NCBI RefSeq assembly: GCF_009914755.1 | Contig: NC_060927.1 | DNA length: 64,000 nucleotides | Origin: the human T2T-CHM13v2.0 reference genome, Homo sapiens | Direction: 5' to 3' (one strand) | In this document: positions 27,621-41,319 of the stretch, one piece after another | Position numbering within the stretch: position 1 is the stretch's first letter | How the letters are laid out: each line of letters opens with the position of its first letter | Notes under the pieces: generated by a model | The model's input: the letters and a program-made list of their open reading frames with translations, nothing else | The model's database searches: none | Told to the model about the DNA's origin: nothing | Position numbers and translations under genes: made by a program

Positions 27621-27709
27621 AAGATATAGAATGGCAGAATTACAAAATACCACCAAGTATCTGCTGTCTTCAAGAGGCTCACCTAACACATAAAGACTCA
27701 CATAAACTT

Positions 27710-28022
27710 GGCCAGGCATGGTGGCTCACACCTGTAATCCTAGTACTTTGGGAGGCTGAGTGGGGCAGATCACGAGATCAAGAGATCGAGACCATCTTGG
27801 CTAACACAGTGAAACCCCGTCTCTACTAAAAATACGAAAAATTAACCGGGCATGGTGGCACGTGCCTGTAATCCCAGCTACTCAGGAGGCTGAGGCAGGA
27901 GAATCACTTGAATCTGGGAGGCGGATGTTGCAGTGAGAGAGATCACTCCACTGCACTCCAGCCTGTGCGACAGAGTGAGACTCTGTCTCAAAAAAAAAAA
28001 AAAACCAAAAAAAAAAAAAAAA
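27710..28022 (+). mobile_element. AluSc-type
   Basis: gatcacgagatcaagagatcgagaccatc; perfect 22-bp TSD acataaagactcacataaactt. Confidence 0.92.
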
Positions 28023-29919
28023 ACATAAAGACTCACATAAACTTAAGGTAAAGGGGTAGAAAAAGATATTCTACTCAAACAGAAACCAAAATTGACTAGT
28101 AGATGTTCTTATATCAGACAAAACAGGCTTTAAAGCGACAACAGTAAAAATAGACAAAGAAGGACATTACATAATAATAAAGGGATTCGTCCAACAGGAA
28201 GATATTACAATCCTAAACACATATGCACCTAACACTGGAGCTTCCAAATTTATAAAACAATTACTACTAGACCTAAGAAATGAGATAGACAGCAACAGAA
28301 TAATAGTAGGGGACTTCAGTACTCCACTGACAGCAGTAGGCAGATCATCAAGACAGAAAGCCTACAAAGACACAATGGACTTAAACTACACCCTAGAACA
28401 AATGGACTTAACAGATATTTACAGAACTTTCTACCCAACAACTGCAGAATATACATTATTCTCTTCAGTGCATGGAACATTCTCCAAGATAGACCACGTG
28501 ACAGTCCACAAAACAATTCTCAATAAATTTAAGAACATCAAAATTATATCAAGCATCTTCTCAGACCACAGCGGGATAAAAGTGGTAATCAACTCCAGAA
28601 GGAACCCTCAAAACCATGCAAATACATGGAAATTAAATAATCTGCTTTTGAATGATCTTTGGGTTAAAAATGAAATCACGATGGAAATTTTAGAAATTTT
28701 TTGGAATGAGTGATAATAGTGACACAACATATCAAAACCTGCAGGACACAGCAAAAGCAGTGCTAAGAGGAAAGTTCATAGCAATAAATGCCTGCACAAA
28801 AAAGTCTGAAAGAGCACAAATAGATGATCAAATGTCACAACTCAAGGAACTAGAGAAACAAGAACAAACTAAACCCAAACCCAGTAGAAGAAAAGAAATT
28901 ACAAAAGTCAGAGCAGAACTAAATGAAATTGAAACAAGAAAATACAAAAGATAAATGAAAAAAAAGCTGGTTATTTGAAAATAATAAACAAAAATCTGAA
29001 ACAAAAAGCTGGTTATTTGAAAAGGATAAACAAAATTGATAGACCATTAGTGAGATTAACCAAGAGAAAGGAGAGAAGATTCAAATATGCTCAATTGGGA
29101 ATGAAACGGGAGATATTATAGCTGATACCACAGAAATATAAAAGATAATTGAAGGGCATTATGAACATCTTTGTGTGCACAAGCTAGAAAATCAAGAGGA
29201 GATGGATAAATTCCAGCTTTTTATTTCATTGAAACTATTCCAAAAGTTAGAGAAAGAGAATCCTCCCTAAATCATTCTATAAAGCTAGTATCAACCTAAT
29301 ACCAAAACCAGGAAAGGACATGACAACAAAAAAATTAAACTACAGACCAATATCCCTGATGAAAATAGTTTAAAAATGATCAAAAAATACTAATAATAGG
29401 AAACTGAATCCAACAGCTTATCAAAAAGGTAACATATCATGATGAAGCAGATTTCATACCAGGGTTGATTTAACATCTGCAGGTCAATAAATGTGATCCA
29501 TTATATAATAAGAATTAAACACAAAAATCATATGATCATCTCAATAGATGTAGAAAGAGGCTTTTGTCAAAATCCAGCATCCCTTTATGATAAAAATCCC
29601 CAACACAATTGGCATAGAAGAGACATACCTCAAAGTAATAAAAGTTATCTATGACATACCCACAGCCAACATCATACTGAATGGGGAAAAGTTGACATTC
29701 CCCTGAGAACTGGAACAAGACAAGGATGCCCACTTTTACCATTTCTATTCAACAGTACAGAAAGTCCTAGTCAGAGCAATCATACAAGAGAAAGAAGTAA
29801 AGCGCATCCAAATCAGTAAAGAGGAAGTCAAACTGTCACTGTTTGCTGATGATATGATTGTATACCTACAAAATCCTAAAGACTCATCCAAAAAGCTCCT
29901 AGATTTGATAAATGAGTTC

Positions 29920-30570
29920 TATTGAGTTGTCTTTCTACTAAAGAGTGTATAATTTTTTTTGCATTATCTGGATACTTCAATTACAAACATTTTCTCCTAA
30001 TTTGTGGCTTGTCTCTCAACTCCTTTTACATTCTCTTTATGATTAAGAATATTTTATTTTAAAGTTTTCAAATTTATCTTTTTTTTACATTTTTCATATT
30101 TGTATTTCATTTAAAGATGTTTATTGTCTGCTATCTTAAAATACACTTCTATATTGTCTTCCAAAATATTTTAAATTTTGCCTTACACAGTTTCGTTCCT
30201 AATCTGTGTGTAACTAATTTTCCCCCTCTTGCATGTGATGTGCTAATAATCCTTAAAAGACCTAAGAAGAGACCTAATGGAAGTTAGAGTTTATGGCAAT
30301 AAAGGTCAAGGTGACATTATTAAGAAAGTATTTTACATTAGCCTGACGTTGCAAAATTTATGAGGGAGGAAGAATGCAAAATTGTTATATGTTTATCCAT
30401 GTGGAGGCAACAATTTTTCCCATGACCCTTTATTGATTATTACATCCTTTCTCACTGATTAGCAGTGCAAGTTACAGCATGTGTCAAGATCTGATACATT
30501 TATGGGTGCCTTTTACCATCTACCTACTCAGTTGATTAATCAATTTGTCTATCATGGTGCTAATGCCACA
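29920..30570 (-). mobile_element. Decayed L1ME fragments
   Basis: attgagttgtctttct..atctggatac..ttttctcctaatttgtggcttgtc..gtctatcatggtgctaatgccacac. Confidence 0.55.
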
Positions 30571-33064
30571 CAGTGCTAAAACAGAAAAAAAAATATTGTT
30601 CTAGAGTCCCTTCTCCTTGCTGGGAATTAAATTCCAATGTTTTCCAAATAATCCTAATGTTGGTCGTGTGATTCTGTCAAAAGTCAGCCACTGATTGGAA
30701 AAGGCAAATGCTTAGTGGGGAAAAATCAGTATCATAAGCTTGGCTCACTTCTCATGTATTTCTGTCCCTTTATGGTTTTGTCCTCCCAAATGTTTGTTGT
30801 TTGGGTAGCACTCCAATATTTACAGCTAGTTATTCACCATTTGCTCCTGTTCATCTTTTCTATTTGTTTTCAGTGAGGGAAATGGTCCAAAACAAATTTG
30901 TCCTCCATTACCAGAGAAACAACCAACTTGCCAATCTAATTGTTTCTCTATTTTCACTTCACTTATTATTTTAATTCTCTTTTTTCAAGTATATATACCT
31001 GATTCATTACGTAGCTCATTTTAAAAATATTTTTATATTTTTAGTTCTTGTGGGTACTTAGTAGGCGTATATGTTTATGGGGTGCATGAGATAATTTGAT
31101 ACAGGCATACACAGCGCATAATAATCACATCATGGTAAATAGGGTATCCATCACCTCAAGCATTTATCCTTTCTTTGGGTTACAAACAATCCAATTATAT
31201 GCTTTAGTTATTTAAAAGTGTACAATAAGTTATTGTTGTCTATAGACATCCTGTTGTTCTATCAAATATTAAATCATATTCATTCTATTTTTTGTAGCCA
31301 TTAACCATCTGCACTCGTCATTCTCAACTACCTTTCCAGCCTCTGGTAACTGTCATTTTACTCCCTATTTCTATGAGTTCAATTGTTTCAATTTTTAGCT
31401 CCCACAAATTAACGAGAACATGTGAAATTTGTCTTTCTGTGCATGGCTTATTTCATGGAACATAATGACCTCCAGTTTCATCTATGTTGTTCCTAATGAT
31501 AGGGTCTCATTGTTATTTACGGCCAAATATTACTCAATTATGTAGATAAACTACATTTTCTGTATTCATTAGTCTGCTGACAGACTCTTAGGTTGCTTCT
31601 TGGCTACTGTAAATAGTGGGAGTGCAGATATCTTTTTGATAAACCAATTTTCTTTCTTTTGGTTATACATGTAGCAGTGCGATTGCTGCATCATTTGGTA
31701 GTTCTATTTTTAGTTTTTTAAGGAACCTCCAAACTGATGTCCATAGTAGTTTTACTAATTTATATTCCCAAAAAGAGTGTGCAAGTGTTCCTTTTTCTCC
31801 ACATCCTCCCCAGCATTTGTTATTGCTTATCTTTCAGATAAAAGTCATTTTTACTAGGGTAAGATGACATCCCATTGTAGTTTTGATTTGCATTTCTTCC
31901 ATGATCAATGATGTTGAGCACCTTTTCGTATACCTGTTTTCCATTTCTATGTCTTCTTTTGGGAAATGTCTTTTCAGATCTTTTATCCATTTTTTTTTAT
32001 TGGATTGTTAGTTTTCCTCAGAGCTGTTTGAACTCCTTATATATTCTGGTTATTAATTAGTTTTCCAATGAATGCTTTGTAAATATTTTCTTTCATTCTG
32101 TGAATTGATTCTTCACTTTGTTGATTGTTTTCTTTGCTATGCACAAGATTTTTCACTTTTCGCGATACTTTTTGATAATTTTTGTTTGCCTGTACTTGTG
32201 GGATATTACTCAAGAAATCTTTGCCCAGTCCAATATCCTAGAGAGTTTCTCCAATGTTTCTTTTAGTAGTTTTGTAGTTTGAGGTCTTAAATTTATGTCT
32301 TTAATCCATTTTTATTTGATTTTTATATGTCGTGAGAAATAGAAATCTAGTATCATTTCTCTGCATATGAATATCCAGTTTTCCCAACCCCATTTATTGA
32401 GGAGATTGTCCTCTCCCCAATGTGTGTTATTGACACCTTTGTTGAAAATGGGTTTACCATAGATGTATGGATTTGTTCCTGGGTTGTCTATTCAGTTCCA
32501 TTGGTCTATGTGTCCGTTTTTATGCCAGTAACATGCTGTTTTGATTACTGTAGCTCTGTAGTAAAATTTAAGTCAAGTAATGTGATTCTTTCAGTATTGT
32601 TCTTTTTGCCCAAGATAGCTTTGCTATTCTGGGTCTTTTGTGGTTCCATATAAATATAATTTTTTTTTCTATTTATGTGAAGAATGTCATTGGTATTTGA
32701 TCGCGTTAAACTTGCAGATTGCTTTGGGCAGTATGGACATTTTAACAGAATCGATTCTTCCAATTCATGCACATGGAATATCTTTCCATTTGTTTGTGTC
32801 TTCTTCAGTTTCTTTCATCAGTGTTTTATAATTTTCATTGTAGAGATTGTTCAGTTTGCATTAAGTTAATTCCTAGGTATTTAATTAAATAAAATTAAAT
32901 AAGTAGCAATTGTAAATTGAATTTATTTTTATTTCTTTTTCAGATTATTTGCTATTGGCCTTTAAAAATACTACTGATTTTTAAACGTTGATTTTATATC
33001 CTGAAACTTTACTGAATTGGTTTATCATTTCTATGAGTTTTCTGGCAGAGTCCAGGATTTTTTA

Positions 33065-33394
<330 letters not shown>

Positions 33395-34941
33395 CGATTG
33401 TACCATCTGCAAAGAAGAATGATTTTGCTTCTTCCTTTCTCATTTGGATGGTCTTTATTTCTATTGTCTGATTGCTCCAGCTAGGACTCTCAGCAGTATG
33501 TTGAGTAACAGTGGTGAAAGTAAGCATCCTTGTTATGTTTCCCATCTTAGAGGAAAGGCTATTAGTTTTTTCCCCATTCAGTGTGATGCTAGCTGTGGGT
33601 CTATCATATATGACTTTTATTATGACGAGGTATGTTCCTTCTATACCTAGTTTCTTGAGGATTTCTCAATAAAAAATTTTATCAAATGCTTTTTCAGCAT
33701 CAATTGTATTGATCATATTATTTTTGTCCTTCATTCTGTAGATACGACATATTGCATTGATTTACATGCACTGAGCTATCCTTGCATCCCTAGGATAAAT
33801 CGCACTTTGTCATGATGAATGATCTTTTCAATATGTTGTTGAATTTGATCTACTAGTATGTCATTGAGGAATTATGCAATAATGTTAATCTGAGGTATGT
33901 AGTTTTATTTATTTATTTTTTGATATGCCTTTTCCTGGTTTTGATATCAGGGCAATACTGGCCTTGTGAGTGAGTTTGGAAGTATTTTCTCCTCTTTTAT
34001 GTTTTGAAATAGTTTGAGTAGTATTGGTATTAGTTCTTCTTTAAATGTTTGCTAAAATTCAACAGTGAAACTCTTGGGTTTTACACTTTTCTTTGCCAGG
34101 AGATTTTATTATGGCTTTGATCTCATAATTTGTTACAGGTCTGTTTGGATTTTAAATTTCTTCATAGTTCAGGGTTGGTAAGTTGCATGTTTCTAGGAAA
34201 TCATCCATTTCTTCTAGATTTTCCAATGTATGGACATACAGTTGCTCGTAGTAACCTCTAATGATCCTTTGAATTTCTACAGTATTGGTTGTAATGTCTT
34301 GTTTTTCATCTCTGATTTTATTTATTTAGGTTTTCTCTCTTTTTTTTTTTGTTAGCCTGACTGAAGGTTTATCAATTTTGTTTAGCTTTTCAAAAAAACT
34401 AACATTTTGTTTTATTGATTTTTGTATTTTTTTTCCATTTATTTTATTTCTGCTCTGGTCTTTGTTATTACTTTTCTTCTAATTTTGAGTTTGGTTTGCT
34501 CTTGCTTTTATTCTCCTTTAAGATGCATCATTAGGTTGTTTATTTGGAGATTTTCTACTTTTTTGGTGTAGGTGCTTGTAACTACAAACTTCTTTCTTAA
34601 TACTGATTTTACGTTACCCCATAGGTTTCAGTATGCTGTGTTTTCATCATCACTTGTTTCAATAAAAATTCCAATTTCCTTTTTAATTTCTTCATTGATC
34701 CACTGGTCATGCAGGAGCATATTGTTTAACTTCTATGTATTTGTATAATTTCCAGATTTTCTATTTTTATTGATTTCTAGTTTTATTCCATCATGGGCAG
34801 AAGATATACTTAATATTATTTTAATTTTTTGGAATGTTTTAAGACTTTTTTTTGGTCTAACATATTGTTATGTTGTGTCTACTCTTTTTTTACACATATT
34901 TAATTTTTTCCCCCTAATTATTGACTCCCAAGTAATCTTTC

Positions 34942-37900
34942 TTTTTTTTTTTTTATTTTGCTTTAAGTTCCAGGATACGTGTGCAGAATGTGCAGGTTTG
35001 TTACATAGGTATACGTGTGCCATGGTGGTTTGCTGCACTTTGAGCCATCCTTTAAGCTTCCATCCTTTGGCCACTACCCCCAACAGTCCCTGGTGTGTGT
35101 TGTTCCCCTCCCTGTGTCTGTATGTTATCATTGTTCAACTCCTACTTATGAGTGAGACCATGCAGTGTTCGTTTTTCCCCTTCCTGTGTTAGTTTGCTGA
35201 GAATGATGGCTTCCAGCTTCACCCATGTCCTTGCAAAGGACAGGATCTCATTCCTTTTTATGGCTGTGTAGTATTCCATAGTGCATATGTGCCACATTTT
35301 CTTTATCCAGTCTATCAATGACAGGCATTTGGGCTGGTTCCATGTCTTTGCTATTGTACGTAGTGCTGCAGTAAACATAAGTGTGCATGTGTCTTTATAG
35401 TAGAATGATTTATATTCTTTTGGGTGTATGCCCAGCAATGGGATTGCTGGGTCAAATGATATTCCTGGTTCTAGAACCTTGAGGAATTGCCATACTGTCT
35501 TCCACAATGATTGAATTAATTCACATTCCCACCAACAGTTTAAAAGTGTTCCTATTTCTCCACACCCTTGTCGTTCTTTCTTGACTTTTTAATAATTCTA
35601 TTCTTTCTTGACTTTTTAATAATTGCCATTATAACTGGTGTGAGATGGTATCTCAAAGTGGTTTTGATTTACATTTCTCTAATGATCAGTGATGATGAGC
35701 TTTTTTTCATATGTTTGTTGGCTGCTTAATGTTTTCTTTTGAGAAGTGTCTGTTCATATCATTTGCCCAGTTTTTGATGTGGTTGTTTGTTTGTTTTTTC
35801 TTGCATATTTGTTGAAGTTCCTTGTAAATTCTGGATATTAGACCTTTGTCAGATGGGTAGATTGCAAAAATTTTCTCCCATTCTATAGGTTGCCTGTTCA
35901 CTCTGATGATAGTTTCTTTTGCTGTTCAGAAGCTCTTTAGTTTAATTAGATCCCATTTGTCAGTTCTGGCTTTTGTTGCAATTGTTTTTGGCATTTTCAT
36001 CATGAAGGCTTTGCCCTGCCTATGAACTGAATGGTATTGCCTAGGTTTTCTTCTAGGGTTTTTATGTTTTTTGGTTTTGCATTGAAGGCTTTAATCCAAC
36101 TTGAGTTAAGTTTTGCTGAGTTAAGGTATAAGGAGGCTGTCCAGTTTCAGTTTTCTGCATATGACTAGCCAGTTTTCCCAGCACCATTTATTGAATAGGA
36201 GATCCTTTCCCCATTGCTTGCTTTTGTCAGGGTTATCGAGGATCAGATGGCTATAGATGTGTGGAGTTATTTATGAGGTCTCTGTTCTGTTCCATTGGTC
36301 TACATGTCTGTTTAGGTACCAGTACCATGCTGTTTTGGTTAATGTAGCCTTGTAGTATAGTTTGAAGCCAGGTAGAATGATGCCTCCAGTTTTGTTGGTT
36401 TTGCTTAGGTTTATCTTGGCTATACGGGGTCCTCTTTGATTTCACAGGAAATTTAAATTAGTTTTTTTTTTCTAATTCTGTGAAGAATGTCAATGGTAGT
36501 TTGATGAGAATAGCATTGAATCTATAAATTACTTTGGGCAGTGTGGCCATTTTCATGATACTGATTATTCTTATCCATGAGGATGGAATGTTTTTCCATT
36601 AGTTTGTGTCCTCTACTATTTCTTTGAGCAATGGTTTGAGGTCCTTCATATCTCTTTTTAGCTGTGTTATTAGGTATTTTATAACCCTTTCTAGTTACTG
36701 TGAATAGGAGTTCATTCATGATTTGGCTCTCTGCTTGTCTATTGTTTGTGTAAAAGAATACTTGTGATTTTTGCGCATTGATTTTGTATCCTGAGACAGC
36801 TGAAGTTGCTTATCAGTTTAAGGAGGTTTGGGGCTGACATGATGGGGTTTTCTAAATATAAAATTATGTCATCTGCAAACGGAGACAATTTGACTTCCCC
36901 TCTTCCTATTTGAATGCTCTTTATTTATTTCTCTTGCCTAAGTGCCCTAGCCAGAACTTCCAATACTATGTTGAATGAGAGTGGTGAGAAAGGGCATCCT
37001 TGTCTTGTGCCAGTTTTCAAAGGGAGTGCTCCCAGCTTTTGCCCATTCAATATGATATTGGCTGTGGGTTTGTCATAAATAGCTGTTATTATTTTGAGAT
37101 ATGTTCCATCAATACCTAGTTTATTGAGAGATTTTAACATGGAGGGATGTTGGATTTTATCAAAGGCCTTTTCTGCATCTATTGAGATAATCTTGTGGTT
37201 TTTGTCATTGGTTCTGTTTATGTGATGGGTTCCTATTATTGATTTGCATATGTTGAACCAGCCTCGCACTCCAGGGATGAAGCCGACTTGATCGTAATGG
37301 ATAAACTGTTTGATGTGCTGCTGGATTCGCTTTGTCAGTATTTTACTGAGGATTTTCTTATTGATGTTCATCAGGGATATTGGCCTGAAGTTTTCTTTGT
37401 TTTGTTGTGTCTCTTCCCATTTTGGTATCAGGATGATGCTGGCTTCATAAAATGAGTTAGGGAGAAATCCCTCCTTTCAATCATTTGGAATAGTTTCAGA
37501 AGGAATGGTACCAGCTCCTCTTTGTACCTCTGATAGAATTTGGCTCTGAATCCAACTGGTTCTGGGCTTTTTTTGGTTGGTAGGCTATTAGTTACTGCCT
37601 CAATTTCAGAACTTGTTATTGATCTATTCAGGGATTCAACTTCTTCCTGGTTTAGTCTTGGGGGACCCAGGATTCATCTATTTCTTCTAGATTTTTTAGT
37701 TTATTTGTGTAGAGGTGTTTATAGTATTCCCTGATGGTAGTTTGTATTTCTGTGGTGTCAGTGGTAATATCTCCTTTACCATTTTTATTGTATCTATTTG
37801 ATTCTTCTCTCTTTTCTTCTTTACTAGTCTAGCTAGTGGTCTATCCATTTTGTTAATCATTTCAAAAAAGCAGATCCTGGATTCATTGATTTTTTGGAAG

Positions 37901-40900
37901 ATTTTTTGTGTCTCTGTATCCTTCATTTCTGCTCTGATCTTAGTTATTTCTTGTCCCCTGCTATCTTTTGATTAGTTTGCTATTGCTTCTTTAGTTCTTT
38001 TACTTGTAATGTTAATGTGTCAATTTGTAATCTTTCTAGCTTTCTGTTTTGGGCATTTAGTGTTATAATTTTCCCTCTTAACACTGCTTTACCTCTGTCC
38101 CAGAGATCCTGGTATATTTTCTCTTTGTTCTCATCGGTTTCAAAGAACTTCTTGATGTCTGCCTTAATTTCATTATTTACCCAAGAGTACTCAGGAGCAG
38201 GTGGTTCAATTTTCATGTAATTGTGTGGTTTTGAGTGAGTTTCTTAAGCCCAAGTTCTAATTTGATCGTACTGTGGTCTGAGAGGCTGTTATGATTTCAG
38301 TTTTTTTGCATTTGCTAAGGAGTGTTTTACTTCCAATTATGTGGTCGATTTTAGAATAAGAGCCATATTGCACTGAGAAGAATGTATATTCCGTTGATTG
38401 GGGGTGGAGAGTTCTGTAGATGTCTATTAGGTCTACTTGATCCAGAGCTGAGTTCAAGTCCTGAATATCCTTGTTAATTTTCTGTCTTGAATTGTCTAAT
38501 ATTGATAGTGGAATGTTAAAGTCTCCCACTATTATTGGGTGGTAGTCTAAGTCTGTTTGTAGGTCTCTAAGAACTTGTTTTATGAATCTGGGTGTTCCTA
38601 TATTGGGTGAATATATATTTAGAATAGTTAGCTCCTCTTGTTGAATTGTTACCTTTACCATTACATAATGCCCTTCTTTGTCTCTTTTGATCTTTTTGGT
38701 TTAAAATCTGTTTTGTCAGAGACTAGGATTGCAACCCCTGTTTTTTTTTTTTCTTTCCATTTGCTTGGTAAATTTTCCTCCATCCCTTTATTTTGAGCCT
38801 ATGTGTGTCTTTGCCTGTGAGATGGGTCTCCTGTATACAGCACACCAATGGATCTTGTCTCTTTATCCAATTTGCTAGTCTGTGTCTTTTAATTGAGGCA
38901 TTTAGCCATTTACATTTAAGGTTAGTATTGTTATGTATGAATTTGATCCTGTCATCATGATGCTATCTCGTTCTTTTGCACACTGATGCAGTTTCTTCGT
39001 AGTGTGATTGGTCTTTATATTTTGGTGTGTTTTTGCAATGGCTGGTACTGGTTTTTCCTTTCCATACTTCGTGCTTCTTTCAGGAGTTCTTCCGAGGCAG
39101 GCCTAGTGGTAACGAAATCCCTCAGCATTTGCCTATCTGGGAAGGATTTTATTTTCTCTTCACTTATGAAGCTTAGTTTGGCAGGATATGAAATTCTGGG
39201 TTGAACATTTCTTTCTCTAAGAATATTGAATATTGGCCTCCAGTCTCTTCTGGCTTGTAGAATTTCTGCTGAAAGGTCTGCTGTTAGTCTGATGGGTTTC
39301 CCTTAGCAGGTGACTTGGCCTTTCTCTCTGACTGCCCTTAACATTTTTTTCCTTCACTTCTACCTTGAAGAATCTGATGATTATGTGTCTTGGGGTGATC
39401 TTCTTGTGGCGTATCTTAGTGGCATTCTCTGTATTTCTTGAATTTGCACATTGGCCTATCTTGCTAGGTTGGGGAAGTTCTTCTGGATAATATCCTGAAG
39501 TTTATTTTGCAGCTTGTTTCCATTCTCCCTGTCTCCTTCAGGATTGATCCTCCAATCAATCTCTGGTTTGGTTTTCTCACAAAGTCCCATATTTCTTGGA
39601 AGCTTTGTTCATTCCTTTCCATTCTTTTTTCTCTAGTCTTGTCTGTATGCCTTATTTCAACAAAGTGGTCTTCACACTCTGATATCCTTTATTCTGCTTG
39701 GTCAATTCTGCAGTTGATACTGGTGTATGGTTCATGAAGTTCTCATGCTGTGTTTTTCAACTCCATCTGATCATTTATGTTTTTCTCTAAACTGGTTATT
39801 CTAGTTAGCAGCTCATGTAACCTTTTATCAAGGTTTTTAGCTTCTTTGCATTGGGATAGAACATGCTCATTTAGCTCAGCATAGTTTTTTATTACCCATC
39901 TTCTAAAGCCTACTTCTATCAATTTGTCCATCTCATCCTCCGTCCAGTTCTGTGTCCTTGCTCGAGAGACATTGCAATCATTTGGAAGAGAAGTGGCACT
40001 CTGGCCTTTTGGATTTTCAGCATTTTTTCATGGATTCTTTCTTATCTTCATGAGTTTGTCTAGTTTTGGTCTTTGAGGCTGCTGTCCCTTGGATAGGGTT
40101 ATAGTGAGGGCTTTTTTATTGTTGTTGTTGATGCTGTTGTTGTTGTTGATGCTCTTCTGCAGGGCTGCTGCAGTTTGCTGGGGGTTCACTTCAGTCCCTA
40201 TCCATCTGGTTCATTCCCGCACCTGGACAGCAAAGATGGGTGCCTTCTCCTTCTGAGATCTCTGACCTCAAGGGGCAACAACCTGATGCCAGTAGGATTT
40301 CTTCTGTATAGAGTGTCTGGCAACACCTGTTGGAAGGTCTCACCCTATTGGGTGGCATGGGAGACAGGACCTGTTTAATGAAGCACTTTGTCCCTTGGTG
40401 GAGGGTGTGTGCTTTGCTGGGGGGAAACCCACTTATCTGGGCTGCCTGGATTCCTCAGAACTACCAGGAGGAAAGGCTAAGCCTCCTGGTTTGCAGAGAC
40501 TGTGGCCACCCCTCCCCCTAGGGGCTCAGGCCCAGGGAGATCCAGGTTCTGTCACTGAGCCTCTGGCTGGGGTTACTGGAGATCCTGTATGGAAGCCCTA
40601 CCCAGTGACAGAGAATGAGTCAAGTCAGGCCTGAGGAGGCACTCTGGCCATAGTCTGCCACAGCCAGTGTGTTGCACTGTGGGGGACACATCTTGGGACC
40701 AAGCTGTCCAGGCTCCCTGGCTCCAGCAGGGGAAAAGCATGGCCTGGAGTAATAGAGATGAATGTCACCCTTCCCCTGCCCAGGGAGCTTAGTGTGCCAG
40801 GCAGTTGTGAGTGTCAGTGCTGGCTGCTGCCCCTCCCTCAAAAAGCTCAATGGGCTTAGACAGAAGTCAGCCACAGCTGTGGTGCTGGTCACCCCTCCTC

Positions 40901-41319
40901 CTGGGAGCTTGGTAGGCTTAAGCAGATTCCAGCTGAGAGGCTGTTGAGAATCTGCATGGCTCTAGGGTTGGGATGCTAGGCCCCGGTGGTGTGTGTTTGC
41001 AAGTGAGAACTTCTGATCCGTGGGTTGCACAGTTCCATGGAAAAAGCATGGTTTCCCTCACTGGATAGCACACTCACTCACAGCCTACCTTGGCAGAGGG
41101 GGGTGGGTGCTCCACTGCCCTGTGTGGCTCTCAGGTGGGGCGCCGCACCACATTGCTCTTCCTTCCTCTCCATGGATCACGCCAGCCTGCTAGTCATTTC
41201 TGATGAGAGAACCTGTATACCTTGGTTGCCAGCAAAGGATTCACATGCTTATTATGTTTTTTTTCAATACGAGCCTCCGTTCATGGCTGTTTCTCCTTGG
41301 CCATCTAGACTCTGCCCCC
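34942..41319 (-). mobile_element. Full-length (about 6.4 kb) inactive L1PA8-like element
   Basis: 5' end ggggcagagtctagatggcc on the minus strand, GC-rich 5' UTR about 40100-41319, ORF1 fragment 39743-39931, EN fragment LTILNIYSPN..IVGDFN..SKIDHI, RT fragment [31 protein letters not shown], 3' UTR and poly-A; many stops and frameshifts. Confidence 0.93.

Larger units (their letters stand above)
25935..29919. mobile_element. L1PB-like element: ORF2 5' half on + (25992-29919) plus a short inverted continuation on - (25935-25991); hosts an L1PA and an Alu
   Basis: ORF track MDLNYTLEQMDLTDIYRTFYPTTAEYT..KIDH (endonuclease domain); RT motif region ctgtttgctgatgatatgattg (LFADDMI) near 29840; frameshifted. 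Confidence 0.85.

Noticed and set aside
36925-38661. RT and endonuclease ORFs as an active retroelement or a novel RT system
   Set aside because: Fragments of ordinary L1 ORF2 broken by many stops and frameshifts.
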